Assembly (NCBI GenBank): GCA_951406725.2
Contig: OX597829.1
Location: forward strand, 13,144,001 to 13,208,000
Source of the DNA: Octopus vulgaris
Lineage: Eukaryota
Length of the DNA: 64,000 bases
Direction of reading: 5' to 3'
In this document: piece by piece, positions 11,301-26,300 of the stretch
How positions within the stretch are numbered: position 1 is the first letter of the stretch
Layout of the letters: each line of letters begins with the position of its first letter
Made by a program: the position numbers and the translations under genes
Notes under the pieces: generated by a model
Databases searched by the model: none
Told to the model about the DNA's origin: nothing
The model's input: only the letters and a program-made list of their open reading frames with translations

Positions 11301-14300
11301 GTGTCATGTATGGTAGTGCTGGTGTGATGAAGATGTATGGTAGTGCTGGTGTGATGTAGATAGTGCTGTGTGATGTATGTGCTGGTGATGGTGTGGTGTA
11401 TGGTGTGCTGGTGTGATGTATGGTAGTGCTGGTGTGATGTATGGTAGTGCTGGTGTGATGTATGATAGTGCTGGTGTGATGTATGGTAGTGCTGGTGTGA
11501 TGTATGGTAGTGCTGGTGTGATGTATGTTAGTGCTGGTGTGATGTATGGTAGTGCTGGTGTGATGCATTGTAGAGTTCGTGTGATATATGGTTGTGCTGG
11601 TGTGATGTATGGTAGTGCTGGTGTGATGTATGGTAGTGCTGGTGTGAGGTATGGTAGTGCTGGTGTGATTTATGGTATTACTGGTTTGATGTAAGGTAGT
11701 GCTTGTGTGAGGTATGGTAGTGCTGGTGTGATGCATGGTTGTGCTGGTGTGATGTATGGTAGTGCTGGTGTGATATATGGTTGTGCTGGTGTGATGTATG
11801 GTAGTGCTGGTGTGATGTATGCTAGTGCTGGTGAGGTGCATGGTAGTGCTGGTGTGATGTATGATAGTGCTGGTGAGGTGCATGGTAGTGATGGTGTATT
11901 GTATGGTAGTGCTGTTGTGAAGTATGGTAGTGCTGTTGTGATGTATGGCAGTGCTGGTGTGATGCATGGTAGTGCTGGTGTGATATATGATTGTGCTGTT
12001 GTGATGTATGGTATTACTGGTGAGATGTATGGTATTGCTGGTATGATGTATGCTAGTAATGGTGACGTGCATGGTAGTGCTGGTGTGATGTATGGCAGTG
12101 CTGGTGTGATGCATGGTAGTGCTGGTGTGATATATGATTGTGCTGGTGTGATGTATGGTAGTGCTGGTGTGATGTGTGTTAGTGCTTGTGTGATGTATGG
12201 TAGTGCTGGTGTGATGTTTGGTAGTGTTGGTGTGATGTATGCTAGTGCTGGTGTGATGTATGGTTGTGCTGCTCTGATGTTTTGTAGTGCTGGTGTGATG
12301 TATGGTAGTGCTTGTGTGAAGTATGGCAGTGCTGCTGTGATATATGGTTGTACCGGTGTGATGTATGGTAGTTCTGGTATGATGCATAGTAGTGCTGGTG
12401 AGGTGCATTGTAGTGCTGGTGGGATGTATGGTAGTGCTGGTGTGATATATGGTTGTGCTGGTGTGATGTATGGTAGTGCTGGTGTGATGTATGGTAGTGC
12501 TGGTGTGATGTATGGTAGTGCTGGTGAGGTGCATGGTAGTGCTGGTGTGATGTATGGTAGTGCTGGTGTGATGTATGGTAGTGCTGGTGTGATGTATGGT
12601 AGTGCTGGTGTGATGTATGGTAGTGCTGGTGTGGTGCATGTAGGGTAGTGCTGGTGTGATGTATGGTAGTGCTGGTGTGATATATGGTTGTGCCGGTGTG
12701 ATGTATGGTAGTTCTGGTGTGATGTATGGTTGTGCTGGTGAGTTGCATTGTAGTGCTGGTGTTATGTATGGGAGTGCTGGTGTGATGTATGGTTGTGCTG
12801 GTGTGATGTATGGTAGTGCTGGTGTGATGTATGGTAGTGCTGGTGTGATGTATGTTAGTGCTGGTGTGATGTATGGTAGTGCTGGTGTGATGTAATGTAG
12901 TGCTGGTGTGATATATGTTATTACTGGTGTGATGTATGGTAGTGCTGGTATGATGTATGGTAGTGCTGGTGTGATGCATGTTTGTGCTGGTGTGATGTAT
13001 GGTAGTGCTGGTGTGATATATGGTTGTGCTGGTGTGATGTATGGTAGTGCTGGTGTGATGTATGGTAGTGCTTGTGAGATGCATGGTAGTGCTGGTGTGA
13101 TGTATGGTACTGCTGGTGACGTGCATGGTAGTGCTGGTGTATTGTATGGCAGTGCTGGTGTGAAGTGTGGTAGTGCTGGTGCGATGTATGGTATTGCTGG
13201 TGTGATGTATGGTAGTGCTGGTGTGATGTATGGTAGTGCTGGTGTGATGTATGGTAGTGCTGGTGTGATGTATGGTAGTGCTGGTGTGATGTATGGTAAT
13301 GCTGGTGAGGTGCATGGTAGTGCTGCTGTGATGTATGGTAGTTCTGGTGATGTGCATTTTCGTGCTGGTGTGATGTGTGGTTGTGCTTGTGTGATGTTTG
13401 TAGTACAGGTGTGATGTACGATAGTATTCGTGGGATGTATGGTAGTGCTGCTGTGAAGTATGGTAGTACTGGTGAGGTGCATGGTAGGGCTGGTTTGATG
13501 TATGTTAATGCTGGTGTGATGTATGGTATTACTGGTGTGATGTATTGTAGTGCTGGTGTGATGTATGGTAGTGCTTGTGTGATGTATGGAAGTGCTTGTG
13601 TGCTGTATGGTAGTGTGATGTATGGTAGTGCTTGTGTGATGTATGGTAGTGCTGGTGTGATTGATGTATGGTAGTGCTGGTGTGATGTATGGTAGTGCTG
13701 GTGTGATGTAAGATAGTGTTGGTTTGATGTATGGTAGTGCTGGTGAGGTGCATGGTAGTGACTGTGTGAAGTATGGTAGTGCTGGTGTGATGTATGGTAG
13801 TGCTGGTGTGATGTATGGTTGTGCTGGGGAGTTGCATTGTAGTGCTGGTGTGATGTAGGGTAGTGCTGGTGTGATGTATGGTAGTGCTGATGTGATATAT
13901 GGTTGTGCCGGTGTGATGTATGGTAGTTCTGGTGTGATGCATGGTTGTGCTGGTGATGCATTGTAGTGCTGGTGTTATGTATGGGAGTGCTGGTGTGATA
14001 TATGGTTGTGCTGGTGTGATGTATGGTAGTGCTGGTGTGAGGTATGGAAGTGATGGTGTAATGTATGGTAGTGCTGGTGAGATGTATGGTAGTGCTGGTG
14101 TGATTTATGGTAGTGCTGGTGTGATGTATGGTAGTGCTGGTGTGATGTATGGTAGTGCTGGTGTGATATATGGTTGTGCTGGTGTGATGTATGGTATTAC
14201 TGGTGTGATCTACGGTAGTGCTGGTGTGATGGTTGGTAGCGCTGGTGTGATGTATGATAGTGCTGGTGTGATGTATGGTAGGGAAGGTGTGATGTATGGT

Positions 14301-17300
14301 AGTGCTGGTGAGGTGCATGGTGGTGGTGGTGTGATGTGTGGTTGTGCTGGTGTGATGTTTGTAGTATTGGTGTGATGTATGGTAGTGTTCGTGTGATGTA
14401 TGGTAGTGCTGCTGTGAAGTATGGTAATGCTGGTGATGTTCATGGTAGTGCTGGTGTGATGTATGTTAATGCTGGTGTAATGTATGGTAGAGCTGGGGAG
14501 GTGCATGGTAGTGCGGTTGTAATGTTTGGTAGTGCGTGGGTGATGTATGGTAGTGCTGGTGTGCTGTATGATAGTGCTGGTGTGATGTATGGTAGTGCTG
14601 GTGTGATGTATGGTAGTGCTGGTGTGATGTATGGTTGTGCTGGTGTGATGCATGGTAGTGCTGGTGAGGTGCATGGTAGTGCTGGTGTGATGTATGGTAT
14701 TACTGGTGTGATGTATGGTAGTGTTAGTGAGGTGCATGGTAGTGCTGGTGTCATGTATGTTAGTGCTGGTTTGATGTATGGTAGTGCTGGTGTGTTGTAT
14801 GGTAGTGCTGGTGTGATGTATGGTAGTGCTGGTGTGATGTATGGTAGTGCTGCGTGAAGTATGGTAGTGCTGGTGTGATGTATGGTAGTGCTGGTGTGAT
14901 GTATGGTAGTGCTGGTGTGATGTATGGTAGTGCTGGTGAGTTGCATTGTACTGCTGGTGTGATGAAGGGTAATGCTGGTGTGATGTATGGTAATGCTGGG
15001 GTGATGTATGGCAGTGCTTGTGTGATATATGGTTGTGCCTGTGTGACGTATGGTAGTTCTGGTGTGATGTATGGTAGTGCTGGTGTGAGGTATGATAGTG
15101 CTGGTGGGATTTATGGTATTACTGGTGTGATGTATGGTAGTGCTGGTGTGATGTATGGTAGTGCTGGTGAGGTGCATTGTAGTGCTGGTGTGATGTATTG
15201 TAGAGCTGGTGTGATATATGGTTGTGCTGGTGTGATCTATTGTAGTGCTGGTGTGAGGTATGGTAGTGCTGGTGTGATGTATGGTAGTGCTGTTGTGATG
15301 TATGATAGTGCTGGTGTAATGTATGGTAGTGCTGGTGTGTGGTATGGTAGTGCTGTTGTGATTTATGGTATTACTGGTGTGATATATGTTTGTGCTTGTG
15401 TGATGTATGGTAGTGCTGGTGTGATGCATGGTTGTGCTGGTGTGATGTATGGTAGTGCTGGTGTGATGTATGCTAGTGCTAGTAAGGTGCATGGTAGTGC
15501 TGGTGTGATGTATGGTTGTGCTGGTGAGGTGCATGGTAGTGCTGGTGTATTGTATTGTAGTGCTGGTGTGAAGTATGGTAGTGCTGGTGTGATTTATGGC
15601 AGTGCAGGTGTGATGCATGGCAGTGCTGTTGTGATGTATGGTAGTGCTGGTGTGATGTTTGGTAGTGCTTGTGTGATGTATGGTAGTGCTGGAGTGATGT
15701 ATGGTAGTGTTGGTGTGATGTATGCTAGTGCTGGTGTGATGTATGGTTGTGCTGCTGTGATGTTTGGTAGTACTGGTGTGATGTATGATAATGCTGGTGT
15801 GATGTATGGTAGGGAAGGTGTGATGTATGGTAGTGCTGGAGAGGTGCATGGTGGTGCTAGTGTGATATGTGGTTATGCAGGTGTGATGATTGTAGTATTG
15901 GTGTGATGTATGGTAGTGTTCGTGGGATGTATGGTAGTGCTGCTGTGAAGTATGGTAATGCTGGTGAGGTGCATGGTAGTGCTGGTGTGATGTATGTTAA
16001 TGCTGGTGTGATGTATGGTAGTGCTGGGGAGGTGCATGGTAGTGCTGGTGTGATGTATGATAGTGCTGGGGTGATGTATGGTAGTGTGATGTTTGGTAGT
16101 GCTTGTGTGATGTATGGTAGTGCTGGTGTGATTGATGTAAGGTAGTGCTGGTGTGATGTATGGTAGTGCTGGTGTGATGTACGATAGTGTTGGTTTGATG
16201 TATGGTAGTGCTGGTGAGGTGCATGGTAGTGACTGTGTGAAGTATGGTAGTGCTGGTGTGATGTATGGTATTACTGGTGTGATGTATGGTAGTGCTGGTG
16301 TGATGTATGGTAGTGCTTGTGTGATGTATGGTAGTGCTGGTTTGATGTATGGTAGTGCTGGGGATTTGCATTGTAGTGTTTGTATGATGTAGGGTAGTGC
16401 TGGTGTGATGTATGGTAGTGCTTGTGTGATGTATGGTAGTGCTGGTGTGATGTATGGTAGTGCTGGGGAGTTACATTGTAGTGCTGATGTGATGTAGGGT
16501 AGTGCTGGTGTGATGTATGGTAGTGCTGATGTGATATATGGTTGTGCCGGTGTGATGTATGGTAGTTTTGGTGTGATGCATTGTAGTGCTGGTGAGGTGC
16601 ATTGTAGTGCTGGTGTTATGTATGGTAGTGCTGGTGTGATGTATGGTAGTGCTGGTGTGATGTATGGTAGTGCTGGTGTGAGGTATGGTAGTGATGGTGT
16701 AATGTATGGTAGTGCTGGTGAGATGTATGGTAGTGCTGGTGTGATTTATGGTATTACTGGTGTGATGTATGGTAGTGCTGGTGTGATGTATGGTAGTGCT
16801 GGTGTGATATATGATTGTGCTGGTGTGATGTATGGTATTACTGGTGTGATCTATGGTAGTGCTGGTGTGATGGTTGGTAGTGCTGGTGTGATTGATGTAT
16901 GGTAGTGCTGGTGTGATGTATGGTAGTGCTGGTGTGATGTATGCTAGTGCTGGTGTGATGTATGGTTGTGTTTGTGTTATGTTTGGTAGCGCTGGTGTGA
17001 TGTATGATAGTGCTGGTGTGATGTATGGTAGGGAAGGTGTGATGTATGGTAGTGCTGGAGAGGTACATGGTAGTGCTGGTGTGATGTGTGCTTGTGCTGG
17101 GGTGATGTTTGTAGTATTGGTGTGATGTATGGTAGTGCTGCTGTGAAGTATGGTAATGCTGGTGAGGTTCATGGTAGTGCTGGTGTGATGTATGTTAATG
17201 CTGGTGGGATGTATGGTAGAGCTGGGGAGGTGCATAGTAGTGCTGGTGTAAGGTATGGTAGTGCGTGGGTGATGTATGGTAGTGCTGGTGTGCTGTATGA

Positions 17301-20300
17301 TACTGCTGGTGAGGTGTATGGTAGTGCTGGTGTGATTGATGTATGGTAGTGCTGGTGTGATATCTTGTTGTGCTGGTGTGATGCATGGTAGTGCTGGTGA
17401 GGTGCATGGTAGTTCTGGTTTGATGTATGGTATTACTGGTGTGATGTATGGTAGTGCTAGTGAGGTGCATGGTAGTGCTGCTGTTATGTATGTTGGTGTT
17501 GGTTGATGTATGGTAGTGCTGGTGTGATGTAAGATAGTGCTGGTGTGATGTATGGTAGTGCTGGTGAGGTGCATGGTAGTGCCTGCGTGAAGTATGGTAG
17601 TGCTTGTGTGAAGTATGGTAGTGCCGGTGTGATGTATGGTAGTGCTGGTGTGATGTATGGTAGTACTGGTGAGTTGCATTGTACTGCTGGTGTGATGAAG
17701 GGTAGTGCTGGTGTGATGTATGGTAATGCTGGTGTGATGTATGGCAGTGCTTGTGTGATATATGGTTGTGCCGGTGTGATGTATGGTAGGTCTGGTGTGA
17801 TGTATGGTAGTGCTGGTGTGAGGTATGATAGTGCTGGTGTGATTTATGGTATTACTGGTGTGATGTATGTTAGTGCTGGTGTGATATATGGTAGTGCTGG
17901 TGAGGTGCATTGTAGTGCTGGTGTGATGTATGGTAGAGCTGGTGTGATATATGGTTGTGCTGGTGTGATGTATTGTAGTGCTGGCGTGAGGTATGGTAGT
18001 GCTGGTGTGATGTATGGTAGTGCTGGTGTGTGGTATGGTAGTGCTGGTGTGATTTATGGTATTAATGGTGTGATGTATGTTTGTGCTTGTGTGATGTATG
18101 GTAGTGCTGGTGTGATGCATGGTTGTCCTGGTGTGATGTATGGTAGTGCTGGTGTGATATATGGTTGTGCTGGTGTGATGCATGGTAGTGCTGGTGTGAT
18201 GTATGCTAGTGCTGGTGAGGTGCATGGTAGTGCTGGTGTGATGTATGGTAGTGCTGGTGAGGTGCATGGTAGTGCTGGTGTATTGTATTGTAGTGCTGGT
18301 GTGAAATATGGTAGTGCTGGTGTGATTTATGGCAGTGCAGGTGTGATGCATGGTAGTGCTGGTGTGATATATGATTGTGCTGTTGCGATGTATGGTATTA
18401 CTGGTGTGATGTGTGGTAGTGCTGGTGTGATTTATGCTAGTGCTGGTGAGGTGCATGGTAGTGCTGGTGTGATGTATGGAAGTGCTGGTGTGATGCATGG
18501 TAATGCTGGTGTGATATATGATTGTGCTGTTGTGATGTATGGTAGTGCTGGTGTGATGTTTGGTAGTGCTTGTGTGATGTATGGTAGTGCTGGTGTGATG
18601 TATGGTAGTGTTGGTGTCATGTATGCTAGTGCTGGTGTGATGTATGGTTGTGCTGCTGTGAAGTTTGGTAGTGCTGGTGTGAAGTATGATAGTGCTGGTG
18701 TGATGTATGGTAGGGAAGGTGTGATGTATGCTAGTGCTGGAGAGGTGCATGGTAGTGCTAGTGTGATGTGTTGTTATGCTGGTGTGATGGTTGTAGTATT
18801 GGTGTGATGTATGGTTGTGTTCGTGGGATGTATGGTAGTGCTGCTGTGAAGTATGGTAATGCTGGTGAGGTGCATGGTAGTGCTGGTGTGATGTATGTTA
18901 ATGCTGGTGTGATGTATGGTAGTGCTGGGGAGGTGCATGATAGTGCTGGTGTGATGTATGATAGTGCTGGTGTGATGTATGGTAGTGCTGGTGTGATTGA
19001 TGTATGGTAGTGCTGGTGTGATATCTGGTTGTGCTGGTGTGATGCATGGTAATACTGGTGCGGTGCATGGTAGTGCTGGTGTGATGTATGGTATTACTGG
19101 TGTGATGTATGGTAGTGCTAGTGAGGTGCATGCTAGTGCTGGTGTCATGTATGGTAGTGCTGGTTTGATGTATGGTAGTGCTGGTGTGATGTAAGATAGT
19201 GCTGGTGTGATGTACGGTAGTGCTGGTGAGGTGCATGGTAGTGCCTGTGTGAAGTATGTTAGTGCTGGTGTGATGTATCGTTGTGCTGGTGTGATGTACG
19301 GTAGTGCTGGTGAGTTGCATTGTAGTGCTGGTGTGATGTATGGTAGTGCTGGTGTGATGTATGGTAGTGCTGGTGTGATATATGGTTGTGCCGGTGTGAT
19401 GTATGGTTGTGCTGGTGTGATGTATGTTAGTGCTGGTGAAGTGCATGGTAGTGCTGCTGAGATGTGTGGTTGTGCTGGTGTGATGATTGTAGTACTGGTG
19501 AGATGTATGGTAGTGTTCGTGTGATGCATGGTAGTGTTGCTGTGAAGTATGGTAGTGCTGGTGAGGTGCATGGTTGTGCTGGTGTTATGTTTGGTAATGC
19601 TGGTGTGATGTATGGTTGTGTTCGTTTGATGTTTGGTAGGGCTGTTGTGAAGTATGGAAGTGCTTGTGAGGTGCATGGTAGTGCTGGTGTGAGGTATGGT
19701 AATGCTGGTGTGATGTATGGTAGTGCTGGTGAGGTACATTGTAGTGCTGGTGTGATGTACGGTAGTGCAGGTGTGATGTACGGTAATGCTGGTGGGATTG
19801 ATGTATTGTAGTGCTGGAGTTATATATGGTTGTGCTGGTGTGATGTATGGTAGTGCTGGTGTGATGCATGGTAGTGCTGGTGAGGTGCATGGTAGTGCTG
19901 GTATTATGTATGGTAGTGCTGGTGTGATGTTTGTAGTATTGGCGTGATGTATGACAGTGTCAGTGTGATGTATGGTAGTGCTGGTGAGGAGTATGGTAGT
20001 GCTGGTGAGGTGTATGGTAGTGCTGGTGTGCTGTAAGTTAGTACTTGTGTGATGTATGGTAGTGCTGGTGTGCTGTATAGTAGTGCTGGTGTGATGTATG
20101 GTAGTGCTGGTGTTGTGCATGGTAATGCTGGTGTGTATGTATGGTAGTGTAGGTGAGGTGCATGGTAGTGCATGTAAGTATGGTAGTGTTGGTGTGATGT
20201 ATGGTAGTGCTGGTGTGATGTAAGGTAGTGCTGGTCTGATGTATGGTAGTGCTGGTGAGGATCGTGGTAATGCAGGTGTGATGCATGGTAATGCTGGTGT

Positions 20301-23300
20301 GATGTATGGTAGTGCTGGTGAAGTGCAAGTTAGTGCTGGTGTGATGTATGGTAATACTGGTGTGATTTATGATAGTGCTGGTGTGATGTATGGTAGTGCT
20401 TGTGTGATGAATGTTAATGCTGGTATGATGTATGGCAGTGCTGGTGTGATGTATGGTATTGCTGGTGAGTTGCATGGTAGTGCTGGTGTGATGTATGGTA
20501 GTGCTGGTGTGATGTATGGTAGCGCTGGTGTGATGTATTGTAGTGCTGGTGTGATGTATGGTAGTGCTGGTGAGGTGCATGGTAGTGCTTGTGTGATGTA
20601 TGATAGTGTTGGTAAGGTTCATGGTAGTGATGGTGTGATGTATGGTAGTGCTGCTGTGTTGCATGGTAGTGCTTGTGTGAGGTATTGCAGTGCTGGTGAG
20701 GAGCATGGTAGTGCTGGTGTGATGTATGGCAGTGCTGGTGTGATATACGGTAGTGCTGATGAGGTGAAAGATAGTGCTGGTGTGATGTATGGTAATACAG
20801 GTGTGATGTATGGTAGTGCTGGTGTGATGTATTGTAGTGCTGGTGAGGTGTATGGTAGTGCCGGTGTGATGTATGGTAGTGCTGGTGTGATGTATGGTAG
20901 TGCTGGTGTGATGTATGGTAGTGCTTGTGTGATGTATGGTAGTGCTGTTGTGATGTATGGTAGTGCTGTTGTGATGTATGGTAGTGCTGGTGAGTTGGAT
21001 GGTAGTGCTTGTGTGATGTATTGCAGTAGTGGTGAGGTGCATGGTAGTGCAAGTGTGATGTATCGTCGTGCTGGTGTGAAGTATGGTAGTGCTGCTCTGA
21101 TGTATGGTTGTGCTGGTGTGATGTATGGTAGTGCTGGTGTGATGTATGTGCTAGTGTTGTTGTATGGTAGAGCTGGTGTGATGTATGGTAGTGTTGTTGT
21201 GCTAGTGTTAAATATTGTAGTGTGAAGAATGGCAGTGTGGGTGAGGTGCATGTTTGTGATGGTGTGAAGTATAGGGGTGCAGGTGTGATGTATGATAGTG
21301 CTTGTCTGATGCATGTTATTGCTGGTGTGATGTATGGTAGTGCTAGTGTGATGTGTTGTAGTGCTGGTTTGATGTATGGTAGTGCTGGTGTGATGTGTGG
21401 TAGTGCTGGTGTGCTGTATGGTAGTGCTTGTGTGATATATGGTAGTGCTGAGGAGGTGCATGGTAGTGCTGGTGGGATGTTTGGTAGTGCTGGTGTGATG
21501 TATGGTAAGGCTGGTGTGATGTATGGTAGTGTTGTTGTGATGTATGGTTGTGCTGGTGTGATGTTTGGCAATACTGGTGAGGTGCATGGTAGTGCTGGTG
21601 TGCTGTATGGTAGTGCTGGTGTGATGTTTGGTAGTGCTGGTGTGATGTATGGTAGTGCTGGTGTGATGTATGGTAGTGCTGGTGTGATGTATGGTAGTGC
21701 TGGTGTGATGTATGGTATTACTGGTGTGATGTATGGTAGTGCTGGTGTGATGTATGGTAGTGCTGGTGTGATTCATGGTAGTGCTCGTGTGATATATGGT
21801 TGTGCTGGTGAGATGTATGTTGATATTGGTGTGATGTATGGTAGTGCTGGTGATGTGCATGGTAGTGCTGGTGTGATGTATGGTAGTGCTGGTGTGATGT
21901 ATTGTAGTGCTGGTGTGATGTATGATAGTGCTGGTGTGCTGTATGGTAGTGCTGGTGTGATGTATGGTAGTGCTGGTGTGCTGCATGGTAATGCTTGTGT
22001 GATCTATTGTAGTGCAGGTGAGGTGCTTGGTAGTGCTAGTGTGAAGTATGGTAGTGTTGGTGTGATGTATTGTAGTGCTGGTGAGGTGCAAGATAGTGCT
22101 GGTGTGATGTATGGTAATACTGGTGTGATTTACGGTATTGCTGGTGTGATGTATGGTAGTGCTTGAGTGATGTATGCTAATGCTGGTGTGATGTATGGTA
22201 GTGCTTGTATGATGTATGGCAGTGCTGGTGTATGTATGGTAGTGCTGGTAGGTACATGGTAGTGCTGGTGTGATGTATGGTAGTGCTGGTGTGATGTATG
22301 GAAGTGCTGGTGTGATATATGTTAGTGCTGGTGAGGTGTATGGTAGTGCTGGTGTGATGTTTGGTAGTGCTGGTGTGAGGTATGGTAGTGCTGGTGTGAT
22401 ATATGTATATGCTGGTGTGACGTATGGTAATGCTGGTGTAATGCATGGTAGTAATGGTGATGTGTATGGTAGGGCTTGTGTGATGTATGGTAGTTCTAGT
22501 GTGATTTATGGTAGTGCTGGTGTGATGTATGGTAGGGATGGTGTGATGTATGGTATTACTGGTGTGATGCATGGTAGTGCTGGTGTGATGTATGGTAGTG
22601 CTGGTGTGATTCATGGTAGTGCTGGTGTGATATATGGTAGTGCTGGTGTGATGTAAGGTAGTGCTGGTGAGGTGCATGGTAGTGCTGGTGTGATGTATGG
22701 TAGTGCTGGTTTGATGTATGGTAGTGCTGATGTGAGGTAAAGTAGTGCTGGTGTGATGTATGGTAGTGCTGTTGTGATGTATGGTAGTGCTGTTGTGATG
22801 TATGGTATTACTGGTGTGATGTATGGTAGTGCTGGTGTGATGTACGGTTGTGCTGTTGTGATGTATGGTAGTGCTGGTGTGATGTATGGTAGTGCTGGTG
22901 TGATGTATGGTAGTGCTGGTGAGGTGCATAGTAGTGTTGGTGTGAAGTATGGTAGTGATTTTGTTATGTATGGTAGTGCTGGTTTGATGTATGTTAGTGC
23001 TGGTGTGATGTGTTGTAGTGCTGGTGTGCTGTATGGTAGTGCAGGTGTGATGTATGGTAGTGCTGGTGAGGTGAATGGTAGTGCTGGTGTGATGTATGGT
23101 TTTGTTGGTGAGGTGCATGGTAGTGCTGGTGTGATGTATGGTAGTGCTTGTGTGATGTATGGTAGTGCTGGTGTGATGTATGGTAGTGCTGGTGTGATGT
23201 ATGATAGTGTTGGTATGATAGTGCTAGTGTGAAGTATTGTAGTGCTGGTGTGACGTATGGTAGTGCTGGTGTGATGCATGGTATTTCTGGTGAGGTGTAT

Positions 23301-26300
23301 GTTAGTGCTGGTGTGATGTGTGGTAGTGCGGGTGTGAATATGTATTACTGGTGTGATGTATGGTAGTGCTGGTGTGATGCATTGTAGAGTTCGTGTGATA
23401 TATGGTTCTGCTGGTGTGATGTATGGAGTGCTGGTGTGTTTGATGTATGGTAGTGCTGGTGTGATATATGGTTGTGCTGGTGTGATGTATGGTAGTGCTG
23501 GTGTGATGCATGGTAATGCTGGTGAGGTGCATGGTAGTGCTGGTGTGATGTATGGTTGTGCTGGTGTGATTGATGTTTGTAGTTCTGGTATGATGTATGG
23601 TAGTGTCGGTGTGATGATTGGTAGTGCTGGTCTGATATATGGTAGTGCTGGTTTCATGAATGCTAGTGCTGGTGTGATGTATGGTAGTGCTGGTGAAGAC
23701 CATGGTATCGATTGTGTGATGTATGGTAATGCTGTTGTGATGTATGGTAGAGCTGGTGAGGTGCAAGATAGTGCTGGTGTGATATATGGTAGTGCTGGTG
23801 TGCTGTATGGTAATGCTGGTGTGATGTATGGTAGTGCTGGTATGATGTCTGGTAGTGCTTGTGTGATGTATGGTAGTATTGGTGAGGTGCATTGTAGTGC
23901 TGGTGTGATGTATGGAAGTGCTGGTGTGATGTATGGTAGCGCTGGTGTGATGTATGTTAGTGCTGGTGTGGTGTATGGTAGTGCTGGTGAGGTGCATGGT
24001 AGTGTGAAGATGTTTGTAGTTCTGGTGTGATGTATGGTAGTGTCGGTGTGATGACTGGTAGTGCTGGTGCGATGTATGGTAGTGCTGGTGACGTCCATGT
24101 TAATTATTGTGTGATGTATGGTAGTGCTGGTGAGGTGCAAGATAGTGCTGGTGTGATGTATGGTAGCGCTGGTGTGATGTATGGTAGTGCTTGTGTGATG
24201 TATTGTAGTGCAGGTGAGGTGCATGGTAGTGCTGGTGAGATGTTTGGTAATACTGGAGTGATGTATGGTCGTGCTGGTGAGGTGCATGGTAGTGCTGGTG
24301 TGATGTATTGTAGTGCTATTGAGCTTCATGTTAGTGCTTGTGTGATGTATTGTAGTGCTGGTGTGATGTATGGTAGTGCTGGTGTGGTGTATGGTAGTGC
24401 TGGTGTGATGTATGATAGTGCTAGTGTGAAGTATTGTTGGTATGGTGTGAAGAATAGCAGTGTCGGTGAGGTGCATGTTTGTGCTGGTGAGGTGCTTGGT
24501 AGTACTGGTGTGAAGTATGGTAGTGCTGGTGTGATGCTTGGTAGTGCTGGTTTGATGTATGTTAGTACTGGTGTGATGTGTTGTAGTACTGGTGTGATGT
24601 ATGGTAGTGCAGGTGTGATGTCTGGTAGTGCTGGTGAGGTGCATGGTAGTGCTTGTGTTATGCATGGTATTGCTAGTGTTATGTATGTTAGTGCTGGTTA
24701 GGTGCATGCTAGTGCTAGTGTGAAGTATGGTAGTGCTGGTGTGCTGTATGGTAGTGCTGGTGGGATGTATGGTAGTGCTAGTGTGAAGTATTGTAGTGCT
24801 GGTGTGAAGAATGGCAGTGTCGGTGATGTGCATGTTTGTGCTGGTGAGGTGCATGGTAGTGCTGGTGTGAAGTATGGTAGTGCTGGTTTGATGTATGGTA
24901 GTTCTGGTGTGATGTGTTGTAGTGCTGGTGTACTGTATGTTAGTGCAAGTGTGTTGTATGGTAGTGCTGGTCTGGTCGTGCATGGTAGTGCTCGTGTGAT
25001 GTATGTTAGTGCTGGTGAGGTGCATGGTAGTTCTGGTGTGATGTATGGTAGTGTTGTTGTGATGTATGGTAGTGCTGGTGAGGTGCATGGTAGTGCTTGT
25101 GTGATGTATGGTAGTTCTGGTGTTATGTATGTTAGTGCTGGTTAGGTGCATGATAGTACTGGTGTGAAGTATGGTAGTGATGGTGTGATGTATCGTAATG
25201 CTGGTGTGATGTATGTTAGTGCTGGTGAGGTGCATGTTAGTGCTGGTGTGTTGTATGGTATTGCTGGTGTGATGTATGGTAGTGCTGGTATGATGTATGG
25301 TAGTGCTGGTGAAGTTCATGCTAGTGCTGGTGTGCTGTATGGTTGTGCTCGTTTGATGTATGGTCGTGCCTGTATGATGTATCGTAATGCTGGTATGATG
25401 TATGTTATTACTGGTGTGATGTATGGTAGTGCTGGTGTGATGTATGGTAGTGCTGGTGTGATGTATGGTAGTGCTGGTGTGCTGTATGATAGTGCTGGTG
25501 TGATGTATGGTAGTGCTGGTGTGATGCATGGTAGTGCATGTGAGGTGCATGGTAGTGCTGGTGTGATGGTAGTGCATGTGAGATGCATGGTAGTGCTGGT
25601 GTGATGTTTGTAGTACAGGTGTGATATATGGTCATGTCGGTGTGATATTTGGTAGTGCTCGTGTGATGTATGGTAGTGCTTGTGTTTATGCTAGTGCTGG
25701 TGTGATGTTTTGTAGTGATGTTGAGGACCATGGTAATGCTGGTCTGATGTATGGTAATAATCGTGTGATGTAGGGTAGTGCTGGTGCGGTGCAAGATAGA
25801 GCTGGTGTGATGTATGGTAATGCTGGTGTGGTTTATCTTAGTGCTGGTGTGATGTATGGTAGTGCTGGTGTGATGTCTAGTAATGCGGTGCAAGTTAGAG
25901 CTGGTGTGATGTGTGGTAATGCTGGTGTGATTTATCTTAGTGCTGGTATGATGTATGGTAGTGCTGGTGTGATGTATGTTTGTCCTGGCGAGGTGCATGG
26001 TAGTGCTGGTGTGATGTATGGAAGTGCTGGTGTGATATATGGTATTGCTGGTGTGATGTATGGTGGTGCTGGTGTTATGTATGTTAGTGCTGGATTGATG
26101 TATAATAATGCTGGTGAGGTGCATGTTAGTACTGGTGTGATGTATGGTAGCGCTGGTTTGATGTATGGTAGTTCTGGTGAGATGTATGGTAGTGCTGGTG
26201 AGGTGCATGGTAGTGCCGGTGTGCTGTATGGTAGTGCTGGTGTGATGTATAGTAGTGTTGCCGTGATGCATGGTAGTGCTGTTGTGATATATGTATGTGC

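Noticed and set aside
8335-13482. 1715-aa ORF and the dozens of other long ORFs in the array as real CDS
   Set aside because: They drift among three repeat frames through indels, have no unique N-terminus or signal peptide, and openness is automatic for this unit. Kept only as a hypothesis under findings.
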